DNA of 64,000 nucleotides from Paraspadella gotoi (lineage: Eukaryota; Animalia; Chaetognatha). The translations under genes were made by a program, and so were the position numbers. Below are positions 41,221 through 52,482 of the stretch, piece by piece. A model generated the notes under the pieces. The model was not told where the DNA came from, searched no databases, and saw nothing but the letters and a program-made list of their open reading frames with translations. Numbering within the stretch: position 1 is the first letter of the stretch; each line of letters begins with the position of its first letter. The stretch lies in NCBI GenBank assembly GCA_051294375.1, contig CM119264.1, positions 17,605,795 to 17,669,794 of the forward strand. The letters are read 5' to 3'.

Positions 41221-43588
41221 AAGAGATATGGATTGCCACTAAAACAAAAAAATGGCGAGGGCATATTATTGGAGAAATGAAATGTAGAGTTCGTCCATCA
41301 AGCTGCAGAGAAAATGGGTTCTTTTTCTCACTCTCGCCAACAAGTGGCTCTTTTTAGGAGGAGGTCGTGAAGGGAAAGTGAATGGTGGGGTTTTTCCGGG
41401 TCGAGAGGCCGGAGTTGATGGCGTCGGTGAGGTGGAATCGCTGTGGTAGTGCTGGAGTAGATGAAATGAAGACGTTTGATGGAGATCTCAGATAATCTCT
41501 GAGCTATCCCTAGCGATCCATAGCAAAAAACGCCAATGGAGCTCCGAGACGGATGTTCACTGATAAATGCCCATTCTAAGAACTCAGGAGCGAAGCCATT
41601 TAAGCATGACTTAAAAGAAGCATCTTTAAAGTGACGTGACATGCTAATCCGGGCTTAACGAGCTAAACTAAAACGGACTACTAATAAATTTGTACAACCC
41701 ATCTAACAATTACGAGGATATACGAGGAAATATCATCCACTCGAGTTTCAAAATGATTCGCCCCTGAGGGGAAAGAGCGCGAAAAAGAGTGAGGCGCTTC
41801 TCCTCTTTTTTGGTATTCAGACTTGAAGGAGTCGAATCGATGATTCATTTCCGGAAATAGAAATTTTTTTGCATTCATCATTTTGCGTTCATCAATTCTC
41901 GTTCATCGCGTTTCATTCATCATTCTTTTTTTTTTCAGCTAAATGCATAGGAGTACTTTCTTTTCGTTTCAGATTTAAATTGTATGTTAGTTGATTGCCA
42001 ACAAGGCGGGATATTTTGAGTTTAAGGCGTTAAAAAAAAGGAAAGAAGAATAATGGAATGATTGGGGACAGAGGACGAGAAAGTCGCAAAAAGGAGGAGG
42101 AGGAGGAGGGGGAGAAAGGAGGAGGAGGAGGGGGAGAAAGGAGGAGGAGGAAATGAGGAACAAAAAAAAGAGCAAAAAGGATTTGGTGAACCGAAAGAAA
42201 AACAAAGGTCAGGCCATCGTAACGCCTAATATGATCTCCAGTCTCTCCGTCAAGGACGAAACACCATAACCATTATCGAATTTGTCACAACGTTGATACC
42301 GATTTTTTTCATTACCGTATTTATTAATATGTATGTTCATTCACGCTTCAATTTTTTTTGGCAATAGGAAATTTTGGACACGTTTTTATAATAATGGTTA
42401 AAATAATCTCGTCATTAAGCTATCCTCCCTTCTATCCCTCTATGACTCTATGCCTGAGCGGAGGCGCAAATGCGAAGGATTGGCCTTCGTATTTTTTTTA
42501 TGTTCGCTCATCGTCGCTGATCCTCGTCCCCCTTTCACCAGGTCTTTCACCCCAAAAGGTTTCTCCGAATTTCTCACACCCCGCACCCCCCCCTCTCTTC
42601 CTTTTTTGACTCAATCACACCCCCGAATAAAAATATGGTCGCCCCCTTGACGTTTAAAACCCCGGCTCTTTCAGACGTATTCCGACTAAGCTCGGCGCCT
42701 TCCGATTCGCGTAACGCCGTCGCGGACGCGTTCCCGCCAGAAACCAGGTTACGCGACAACCGAAAGTCGCGGCTCTGTTCGGCGCGGCGAGGATCGGCGG
42801 CGTCGGCGCCTTTCGCCGGCGGCGTTGGCTTTCGGCGTTGGCGGCCTCGGCGGGCTAATTCTTAGGATCGTTTATCTTCGTCCGGTTATCGGAAAAAATC
42901 TGGAAATCCATGAATCAAACATGAATTTCCGCGGCTGTCGTCATCAACGTCGAAACCACGGTGACCTCTGGCGACCGGTGGGGGCGGAGGGGGCGTAATG
43001 CAAGGGACAAGGAGTAGGGGAACCAATGAAGGGATAGGGGAGCGGAAAAAAGAAAGAGAAAAAAAAGGGGAAGAGGAGGTCGAGAAGAACGCGGTTTAGA
43101 GAGCGAGGGGGATGGAGAAAAAGAAGTAGTTAAGACTTAACTTAAGTGAGTCCTCAGTCAGCGGAGCTTAGCAGTGTTACTGATAAATATAAACCATGTC
43201 CAAATAAGTATTGTTATTACTTCCCGGTTTACTTGCAAATATTACTTCAAAATGACATCCACTATAAAAATTCAGGTTTTACATCACTCTACCAGATGGT
43301 GGAGGCAGAAGGGTGTTTCGCTTAAGGGAGTTCCGTGTAGATAACAGATGGTTTCAATTTTTCGTTGCGTTCGTGATCGATGACTTCTCATCGGAGTTAA
43401 AATGGAGGATGAAAAGTTGGCTCAAGAATACGAATAGGAACGTCGTTTGTGCGCAATTTAAAAAAAAGAAGAAGAAAAAATGAAGATAAAAAAAAGGATA
43501 TAAGTTATTGTTAATTTGAAATTGAGGTTAAGTTAATTTCTAAATTCCGAAGATGCGCAAACCTATATGCCTTTTTCACCTCCGTTTG

Positions 43589-43691
<103 letters not shown>

Positions 43692-44280
43692 CCTCCCTCT
43701 CTCTCTCTCTGAGCTGTGGTAATATTTACTATTCTCCTTGTTTACAGCGATCATAAAGGAGGCTCGTCCCCGAGAGAGGAATAAGTCTTCTTCTATTTCG
43801 TTGCTTTTTGGACCAAAATAGAATTCGTGCATCGTGAGGATTTTTTCCTGCCGCGTCTTAGGAGGTCAGTCTCTCTCCCCAGATCCAATTTTATACCGAT
43901 GAATTTTTCGCATCAATTTGGCAGTATTTAAAATAAAGACACACGTACGTATCACTTATTTGCTGCAACGAAATACAACAGATGCAATGAAAAAAAGTCG
44001 AGTTAAAACTAGAAACTTATGGATAAGCACTGATATTACGTTAAAAACATGACATCCAAAAGCTACGGAAAATAAAAAGTAATTACAACAAATACATAGA
44101 AAGAAAACCAGATGAAGTGAAATCAAGAGGCAACGAAAAAAATCGGTCTCTTTGTTTAGGGAGGACGGCGGGTGCTTAGCAACCGACAAAAAAGACGAAA
44201 CGCCCTCTTGAGTCATCATCCGGCGGAAAAGAAAACAAAAAAGATGATTTTCCGAACTTCAATTATTGGGACCACAGGAA

Positions 44281-44344
<64 letters not shown>

Positions 44345-44467
44345 AACACCCAGACACCTTAATTCCCCAATATTCTGTTTTCCATATTATCTATTCTTCT
44401 TCTTTCATTCGTTTTTGTAGAAACTAATTATTAGAAATGATTTCTAGAGAGAGAGATTGTATGTGTG

Positions 44468-44497
44468 AAAGAAAGAAAGAAAGAAAGAAAGAAAGAA

Positions 44498-44529
<32 letters not shown>

Positions 44530-44555
44530 AGAAAGAAAGAAAGAAAGAAAGAAGA
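44468..44555. repeat. (GAAA)n microsatellite
   Basis: Direct inspection. Confidence 0.9.
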
Positions 44556-46148
44556 AAAAAAAAAAAACCAGCAGGTTATTCTTTTTTTTCGTAAGTTAAT
44601 TTAATTACTTTCTTTCCCACGGAATTCATGGGTTTTCATTAAATGAAGAGAGGAAGATGAAAATATAGATATGAATTGTGGAGTCGGGGAGAAAGGGAGA
44701 GAAAGGGGTAGAGGGAATACCTGGAGGTCTTTGAGGTTTGAGGGGTGAAGGGGTGAAGAGAGTCCGTTTAAGGAGAGGAATACAGGAAAAAGACGACGAC
44801 GAATCGGGTTAAATGTATAGAATAACCATTAAGTAGGAAAAAAAGAGTCAAGGTCATGTCAAGGACATTCTAATTTGGAGAAAAGGAAAAACGGGAAGAA
44901 AGTGGATCAACGATTTCGGAGTCATTTCGCCGTGAAGAACATTTTTTTTCCTCTTTACAATGGATACAAGGTCACACACTGAAACCCTCCGCTAGAAAAA
45001 ATCGTCATTTGCAAACCTATAAAGATTTTTTTTAATTTGAAAGATTTTTTTTTGTACTAAAAAATAAAATCATTTATATACCCAAATTTTATATTGATTG
45101 GTTATGATTTGACCTAGCAATGGGCGGAGAAAAGTTTCCTTTAAAAAGTTATTTCATTTTAAAACTCAAATTTTTTTAAAATCTTTTTGTTTAACTTTCT
45201 GAATATTTTTTAAAGAACTTTTACATAAAAACGTATCAATATTAATAACTTCTAAAAGCTCTTGAAAATGACATATTTAAAAATATGATAATATAAAAAT
45301 AAGCCTAACCAGCTTAAATTTAATCAAGGTAATCAAAATTGAAATAATAAAATCTAATTTTTTTTTAATATCTGACCTATTTTAACTATAATGATCTAAC
45401 AAATTAGCTTGAAAAAAACTAATTTAAAATTTTTAATTTAACAATTCTTTTAGTTTGAATTTTATTTTATAGTTAAAACTGGACCATCTAATTTTCATAT
45501 TACAGTATTTGTAATTATGCTATTCTCTTTATATTTTGAAGAGCAGAAGATATTAATATTGATACCTTTTTTTTAAATTTTTTTATAAAATATTCAGATA
45601 GACAAAAAGATTGAATAAAAAAAATTTCGTTTTAAAATGAAACTGTATTTTCCTTGAACATTATAACAATGAGAAACAGACAATAGGGAAATACAGAGGG
45701 AGCGCAAGGCGACGACGACGATAACAATGCTTAGTAACAAGGTACGCTACACTCCACTCATTTCCAAGTCAAATCAAAACTAATCGATTTAAAATTTGGA
45801 TATATTAATGATTTTGGTTTTTACTACAACGGTGATTTTTTTCTAGAGTCGGGTTCCAAATGTGTCACCTTGTAAGTTGATGACCGTCGGGCAAAATGAG
45901 ACTTGAAACTTATAAAGCGGACTGGCGGTAGGGAGGCGGTTAAGTTAAGTCTTTAACTGTTTAGAGTAGCATGAACAATTTTGAACATTGAACAAATGAC
46001 AAATGGGTTAGTTGGAATAACAACGAAGAACAAATTATTGTATCGTAATAAAATCGAATCGTGCAATTCGATTATTCTCTCGTGGTACGAAAAAGATTTA
46101 ATCAATTTGACAAGATTAGAAATTAAATGAAACAAATTAAGGGACACT

Positions 46149-46330
46149 TGTGGTGGTATATCCACACCGCCTCACATCCGCCATCGTTCAGTCAATACCA
46201 TTGGCTCAGAGGGGCAGGCGTTACGTTCCATCCACAGTCCTAACAACTTCTCCTAGGGTGACCGCACTAATGGCAGTGAGATGCCCCAACCCAATGAGCA
46301 TCACAGGCAACCCTGCTGTTCGAAAAAATA
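46149..46330 (+). mobile_element. SINE-like retroposon family, copy 2 (internally deleted)
   Basis: tgtggtggtatatccacaccgcctcac...cattggctcagagggg...ttccatccacagtcctaac...cctagggt...cagtgagatgcccca...gcatcacaggcaaccc.gctgtt plus an A-rich end. Lacks the central hairpin. Confidence 0.8.
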
Positions 46331-47309
46331 AAACTTTTAAATTAAGAGCCTATTTTCTTATTTCAAAAGCCGAGTTGCTTTTCTTCTCTCTACTCTATCT
46401 CTTTCTTTCTTTTTTTTTCCTCTCAATCTTATTCAATCTCTCAATCTCTCAATCTCAATTTTACTCGAACACTAACATTATATTTATACTTTTTCGTTTT
46501 AGCGAAAACAAAGTTTAGAATTTGTATTACAACGATTTTTATTTAAAAATTCTAAACTTTGTTTTCGCTAAAACACCAAAACAACGAAACGAAAGGAATA
46601 ACACAATATGGCTACTTTTTCGTTATACTGTTTCACTTTTGTTTTGTTTTGTTACCGTAACAATCTTGATATGAAATAAAATTCTCAAAAATTAGGTTAA
46701 TTAAGTTAATTTGAGACTTTTTGTAGACTAGGAAATTCTAGGTGCAAAAAATAAATAAATTAATAAAAAAAAAATAATAAAAAAAACCCAACTAATTTCC
46801 ATTCAGCCGCCAGACATTCGGTGCGTCTGGGTGACTTGTGAAAAACGTTTCCCAGGCCTAATCCTCTTTACACGGGATTTTAGTCGAAATTTCAAAATTT
46901 TCGCCGTTGCTCTGCTTTTTTTTTCAGACCACTCGAAATCTTCCACGAGAAATTTTTTTTTTCGACGATATTTTTTAACTACTTTTCCTTTTTTCTCTTA
47001 AATTTCGTTTAAATACGAAAAGGGGCACCGATTCTGATTCCTAAGCGACGACGGGGGCTGCTTAGCAACGGCAGCTGCGAAAATCCTTGCAATTAAAAGC
47101 ATTCGATTAACATTCGCCTTTTTCTCTCTTCTTTTTTTTTTTCTGAAAGCGTTGGTGTTTCCGCCCGACACGAATAAAAAAAATAAAATTAAACGATACT
47201 AATTTTATTAGTCAAGAAAAGTGTCATTGCTATTTCTTCAGTTATTTTAATTTATTATTAACATAGACTACTAAACGGATGTAAACGAAGTGGTTAAGCT
47301 AAGACGACA

Positions 47310-47780
47310 GCCATGGACCGGAAAACCCGTCGATCAGGACTTGAGGCGACTCGCAGAATGAACTAGCACCGAAGCCACTATAAATCTCCGATTCTGCGAA
47401 GGATGAATTCGGAACTCACCTCTGAAGAATCTGACTTGATCAAAGAATTCCAATTAAAGTGGGATGGAAGAGAAACGGAAGAGGTCCTACAGGAGGTAAT
47501 TTGGGAGATAATGTGGCGGTATATTCACACCGCCTCACGTCCGTCATCCTTCAGCCAAATCCATTGGCTCAGAGGGGGAACACACCATCCCAAGCGTAGT
47601 GTTCCATCCACAGTCCTAACGACTTCCCTCTGTGTTGGCAAAGCGAGACCGTCCTAGGGTAACCGCGCCAGTGACTGGAGGCGTCACTGAGGGTCGGAAG
47701 CCCCCAAAGCCAACAGTGAGATGCCCCATCCAAATGGGCATCACAGGCAACCCGGCTGTTGCCATAATAAATTAATAAAA
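47310..47780 (+). mobile_element. SINE-like / 5'-truncated non-LTR retroposon, copy 3 (longest), with 11-bp TSD
   Basis: Flanked by the direct repeat CTAAGACGACA (47299-47309 and 47781-47791), with an A-rich tail ataataaaattaataaa. The 3' 260 bp are shared with copies 1 and 2. Confidence 0.85.
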
Positions 47781-47984
47781 CTAAGACGACATTTGAGACT
47801 ATACGTCAAAAACGAAAATTGCTTTCCTTAAGGTTGTACATTGTAAAATGAACAACGTGCAGTGTAAACATTGCGTGGGCATAATCTTTCAATCTTGAAC
47901 TCGTTCATTCTTTCAGCTGCGTTTAATACCTTTTTGGTTCGTTTCGGTTATTCAATAAAACTCCTTAGATTTTTTTTTCCTCAG

Positions 47985-48286
47985 CTGCGTCGAATCCACG
48001 AAATTCTCAAGACTCGACTCGAAAAGTACGAAGAATTTCTCGAATGGAAAAGTGAAAAAATCAGCCGATCGGAAAGTAAACGAAATGGAAGCGGAGGCGA
48101 AGAATTTCCGAGCGAAAACGAAGAAAATGGAAGCGAAAGTGTGAAAAATGGAAGGGCGGACGATGGCGGGGAAAGCCAAGGCTTAACGAAGGCAACGCGA
48201 TTCGGCGACGTCGCAAATGGCGTCGGTCGCCGAGACGTGGAACTCACTTTCTACGACGCTCGTTCGAAAGAGTTTGTTCCCTCGAG
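47985..48286 (+). CDS. NAS: NAS-like gene, first identified exon (LRRIHEILKTRLEKY...KEFVPS)
   Basis: Acceptor ttttttttcctcag| and donor AG|gtaagg. The following 73-nt intron contains a ttctaac branch site. Confidence 0.7.
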
Positions 48287-50254
48287 GTAAGGGCTTTCGA
48301 TCGAATTTATTTCGTTTGAGATTCTAACCCCCTATCGAACTCCATCTCCCGCCACCCAGTCGCGCCCTCTCTCCATCTCCCGAGATCGACGCCGCCCTAA
48401 ATTCTCTCGTCGCCGTCTCCCTCTCACTCTTTTCCCCGCGACGCCGCCTCGACCTCTTCGCCGCGATCGCCGCCGACGCCTCCGACGCCGCTATCGTCGA
48501 CGATCTTCGTCGCGCCGCCGTCGCCGCCGAAGAAGCGATGGAGGACGACGCCGTGGACGCCGTTTTCGCGGCAATGGAGGTGTCGGGCGCGAAATGGCGC
48601 CGGGATGTGGAAGCCGCGGCGATAGAGTGGAAGGATTTGGAAAAGTCGTTGGAGAGCATCGGGGTAAAAACGAAGCAAATTGGGGAGAAGGAAGAAGAGG
48701 AAACGAAGAAAGATGAAGATGAAAATATGGGGGAGAGAAAGTTGATTCGAAATCGATTGTGTTCGAATTCGAATTCGAATCAGAAGAGGGAATCACGATC
48801 GACGCTTTCCTCCTTTTCCTCTCGCTCTCTCTCTCCTTCTCTTCTCATCGTTTCTCGATCCCAAGCGGAGCGAATCTCTATCCTCCACTCTCTCGTCGTG
48901 TCTCTCCCTTCTTCCTTCGCCTCTCAACGTCGCTTTCTCCTCGAGAATCCAACTCCCTTCAAGTATTTCCAGAACTACGTGTCTCTGGTCGCCGCTGAGT
49001 TAAGGTGAGTTCTTTGACGCTATTTTCCAACTGACCATTTCCGTTCCTAATCCTTTAATTTATTTTTAACTGTAATAATTTGATATTTAGTTACTATTAT
49101 CTATTTTTAAATGTTTATTCCAATTCCTAACATTAATTCTTAACCTTAACCTAATCTTTAGCCTAATCATTAACCCTAATCCATAACATAATCCCTAACT
49201 TCTAACCTAATTTTTAAACTGAAAAAAAAACTTGATTTGAGCAGAAATGGGGCGGTTTCGGAAAAGACGGCCAGTTCGTTAACATTCAAGTCAAAGATAG
49301 CGATCCCACCCACTCACCCGACGAGTGGCACTTTCCAGGTTGTTGGAAGTGGCAGCGGAGCAGATGGAGCCGGCGGCGACGATATCGTCTCAAAAGACGC
49401 CGCTCCTCCTCTCCTCGCTTCGTTTCGCCTTCGTCGGCGCCGGTTTTCCCTTAACCGGCGTTCTCTTGCACGTTCTCACTTTCGGCGCTCGCGTGACGCT
49501 CGTGGAAAGAGATTCGTCGGCGGCGGAGCGTGGGCGGCGGTTCTTGGCGGCGACTGAGGCGGCGGGGGTGACGCTGCGTGGAGCGGTGAGGGTGATTGAG
49601 GCGGACGGGGAAGAAGTGAAGTTCGTGGGCGGAGGTGGATGGGAGAAAGCGAGGGGAGGAGGAGGAAGAGGAAGAAAAGCGAATGGATGCGACGTTGATT
49701 GCGTTGATCGCGACGATCTTATAGACCGAGACGACGACGACGACAACGACGACGAGAACGACGACGACTTTTTATATGACGATGACGACGACAATGCGGA
49801 CGATGGTTTCACGAACGGCGCGACGGATACGTTGAATGATTTTCACCGTCTCCATGGCAACGTTGGAGGATCTCATTGCGGCCCAATTAGCAATACAAAA
49901 GAAATCAACAGCAGGTTTACCTTAAAAGAATACAAAATTTAATTTTCTTTTTTTTTTTCAAACATCTTCAAACCAGTTTTGTAATCGTTACTTAATATTA
50001 CGTCACTAAACCATTTCCCTCCCGATGATTTCATCTCATTTTAACTTCCCACACCATCAAAGTGTCTCAAGTCTCAGTCCCTCTGGTCCCTCAAGTCCTC
50101 AAGTCCTCAAGTCCCTCAGGTCCCTCAAGTCCTCAAGTCCCTCAAGTGTCTCAAGTGTCTCAAGTCCCTCAAGTCCTTAAAGTCCCTCAAGTCCCTCATG
50201 GCTTCATCCTCTTTCCCCTCGACACGTTTCACTTTTCATTCTCTCTCTCTTTCT

Positions 50255-50307
<53 letters not shown>

Positions 50308-50661
50308 TCCCTTCCTCTTTCAGTTTTCCTTCAACTCTTCGCTTCACCGTCGTCGCCGACGTCGTCGACATCGCCAGCGCCATCTCCGCCGACGTCTCGA
50401 GGCGTCTCTTCCGCCGCAACGCCGTCGACGCGCCCGTCATTCGAAAGCGCAACGTCCACGGAATCTCGACCATCCTCTACGAGAGGTTCGAGCTCGACGA
50501 CGACGACGATACGACGACCGAGTTCGAGCTCGTCGGAGAAGTGGTGCCTCCGCAGAAGCTGCTCAGCGGCGCCGCCCCCAAGCGGCTCGTCGTCGGACTC
50601 ACCTCCGCCAAAAACATCAATTCCTGTCAAGTCTACGTAAACCGAAGATTGAGAGGTGGGC

Positions 50662-50705
<44 letters not shown>

Positions 50706-50726
50706 TCGTCGCTCGTCCGAAGTTGA
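47985..50726 (+). CDS. NAS: Nicotianamine synthase-like (NAS/CntL family, SAM-dependent aminobutyl transferase) spliced gene. Exons 47985-48286, 48360-49004, 49339-49914, 50324-50726; 5' exon/start codon not identified
   Basis: Three phase-2 GT-AG introns join 1926 nt into an unbroken frame of 641 aa plus stop. Colinear NAS blocks: ALSPSPEIDAALNSLV; LRRAAVAAEEAME; PFKYFQNYVSLVAAELRLL; RFAFVGAGFPLTGVLL..GARVTLVERD; ADVVDIAS; RNVHGISTILY; FELVGEVVP; NINSCQVY. Confidence 0.85.
48360..49004 (+). CDS. NAS: NAS-like gene exon (RALSPSPEIDAALNSLV...PFKYFQNYVSLVAAELR)
   Basis: Acceptor cccag| and donor AG|gtgagt; in frame with ORF 48538-49008. Matches the plant NAS LSPSPEVDALFxxLV and FPYYxNYVxL motifs. 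Confidence 0.88.
49130..49212. repeat. Degenerate (CCCTAA)n-like hexamer repeat in NAS intron
   Basis: taaccttaacctaatctttagcctaatcattaaccctaatccataacataatccctaacttctaacctaa. Confidence 0.6.
49339..49914 (+). CDS. NAS: NAS-like gene exon (SAM-binding Rossmann motif RFAFVGAGFPLT, then an acidic insert)
   Basis: Acceptor ctttccag| with upstream actcac; frame of ORF 49325-49942. Donor AG|gtttac is phase 2 and less certain. Confidence 0.82.
50060..50198. repeat. 8-9-bp (GTCCCTCAA)n minisatellite in NAS intron
   Basis: About 15 imperfect units; source of the VPQ-repeat start of ORF 50062-50640. Confidence 0.85.
50324..50726 (+). CDS. NAS: NAS-like gene terminal exon (VVADVVDIAS...RNVHGISTILY...NINSCQVY, poly-Gly tail)
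   Basis: Acceptor ctctttcag|. The open frame has strong third-position C bias and continues into ORF 50541-50726. Matches the NAS C-terminal DVV, RSAHGARxFLY and VINS motifs. Confidence 0.85.
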
Positions 50727-51122
50727 ACCCGCGAATTCGTTATTCGTTGTGACCAATTTTCCCCGCTGGAGAAACGATTAAAAACTATAGAATAAATAGT
50801 AGGATATATAGCCATATATACAAATATAGGACAAATGTAACAAAAAATACTTTTTTCTTTCTATTCTAAAAAAAAATTGTTGTACAGCAACTTTGAAACC
50901 TTAGCATAAGATTTCATTCAATTTAAACTTAAGTTAGTTAAAAGCATAAAAGTTCGTTTCGATTCTCCCTTTTTCTCTTTACTTCACCAAAAGAAAATTG
51001 GTTCCAGTGAATGATTGGTTTTTCAGGCGGCTCGGGGCTTATGACTGATTAGGGCCTATGACCGATCGCCTCTTAGTGGAGAATCTCCTTTGCTTCTCAG
51101 ATGTCAGGAGGAGGAGGAGGAG

Positions 51123-51197
<75 letters not shown>

Positions 51198-52482
51198 CTT
51201 AAGAAAGGAAAATTGGCGAGCGAAACGAGGCCAAAACCGCGACGAAATCACCTTGCGTGTCAACTTCTTAATTACTGGACTAAGCACCCGTCAATCACCT
51301 CGCAAATCACCTTTTCCCACGACCAGTCACCCCAATAATCACTCTGTGACTCTCCGATCATCCTTCCCGAAAATGGAGGAAAAACCGAGTCGCCGTAAAA
51401 TCGAAGTGAAAACCAAGAAGGTGAAAGAGTTGCAGCACTCCAGGCGGNNNNNNNNNNNNNNNNNNNNNNNNNNNNNNNNNNNNNNNNNNNNNNNNNNNNN
51501 NNNNNNNNNNNNNNNNNNNNNNNNNNNNNNNNNNNNNNNNNNNNNNNNNNNNNNNNNNNNNNNNNNNNNNNNNNNNNNNNNNNNNNNNNNNNNNNNNNNN
51601 NNNNNNNNNNNNNNNNNNNNNNNNNNNNNNNNNNNNNNNNNNNNNNNNNNNNNNNNAACAGCATTACCCTTTTATTATTCCGCTTTTCTTGTCTTGCTTT
51701 TGTCGTTAAATTCTCTACCTTCCTCTCTCGATCATCACCACATCATACCACCTTCCCCCATGAAATTTTCCACCTTCCCATCCTCCATCGTCGCATACAT
51801 CCTCTCGTCTTGAGGATTAAAATCTTGGATCCGCCGATGAACCGAAACAATAAATCACAATCAGGTTTAATGTTTTGGGAATTAAGAAGCAAGCAGTCCT
51901 TGGTTTTTATCCGACATTGCCTTTTTATATTAAAAAAATTTAAGCGAATTTAATATTTATAAAAAGTTGGATAAAGAACTCGATAATTTATCGAGGAAAA
52001 GTTAGATAAAATTATCATCGTTCCTTTGCTAAATTTATCGAAATTTTGCGCCGACAGTAATTTTAATTTTGCAAAGAATAATTAAATACATAACTTATAT
52101 TTTGTCTAGGTTTGAAATAAGAACTAAGAAAATTGATAAGATAAACGACATACGTTCAATTTCAGAATAAGTAAGAAAATTACCTAATAAATATTTTTTT
52201 AAAAAAAGAACATTCGACGCCAGTGACTTCGAAAATTCTTTTTTAACTAATCGCAGTATTCATCACAGACCTTAAGATTTGCCGTTCTTGGAACAATGTT
52301 GCTTCCGCCAATAATTGCCACAACTGCCACTTTGTTAAATGTCGTTTCAAGGTTCGAATCCTTGACCTCGGGTCTTAGAGTTAAATAGCCGGCCGGCAAC
52401 GTCTCTCAGTATAGGAAAATCTATAGCTCAAAGAATAAAATGTATTGTTATTTAGGAAGATAAAAGTTTAAGATTTTGTCCT

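Noticed and set aside
49130-49212. True telomere or chromosome-fusion remnant
   Set aside because: Short, highly degenerate and intronic; more likely a decayed simple repeat.
49237-49557. ORF 49237-49557 with acceptor gagcag as the third NAS exon
   Set aside because: This frame lacks NAS motifs and stops at 49557. The acceptor ending at 49338 gives the SAM-binding motif in the correct phase.
50062-50756. Long ORFs 50062-50640 (+), 50198-50752 (+) and 50331-50756 (-)
   Set aside because: These are off-frame or antisense shadows of the GC-rich terminal NAS exon plus intronic repeats.
52346-52366. T-arm-like hairpin caaggttcgaatccttg (tRNA gene?)
   Set aside because: Upstream sequence gives no D arm, anticodon arm or acceptor stem.
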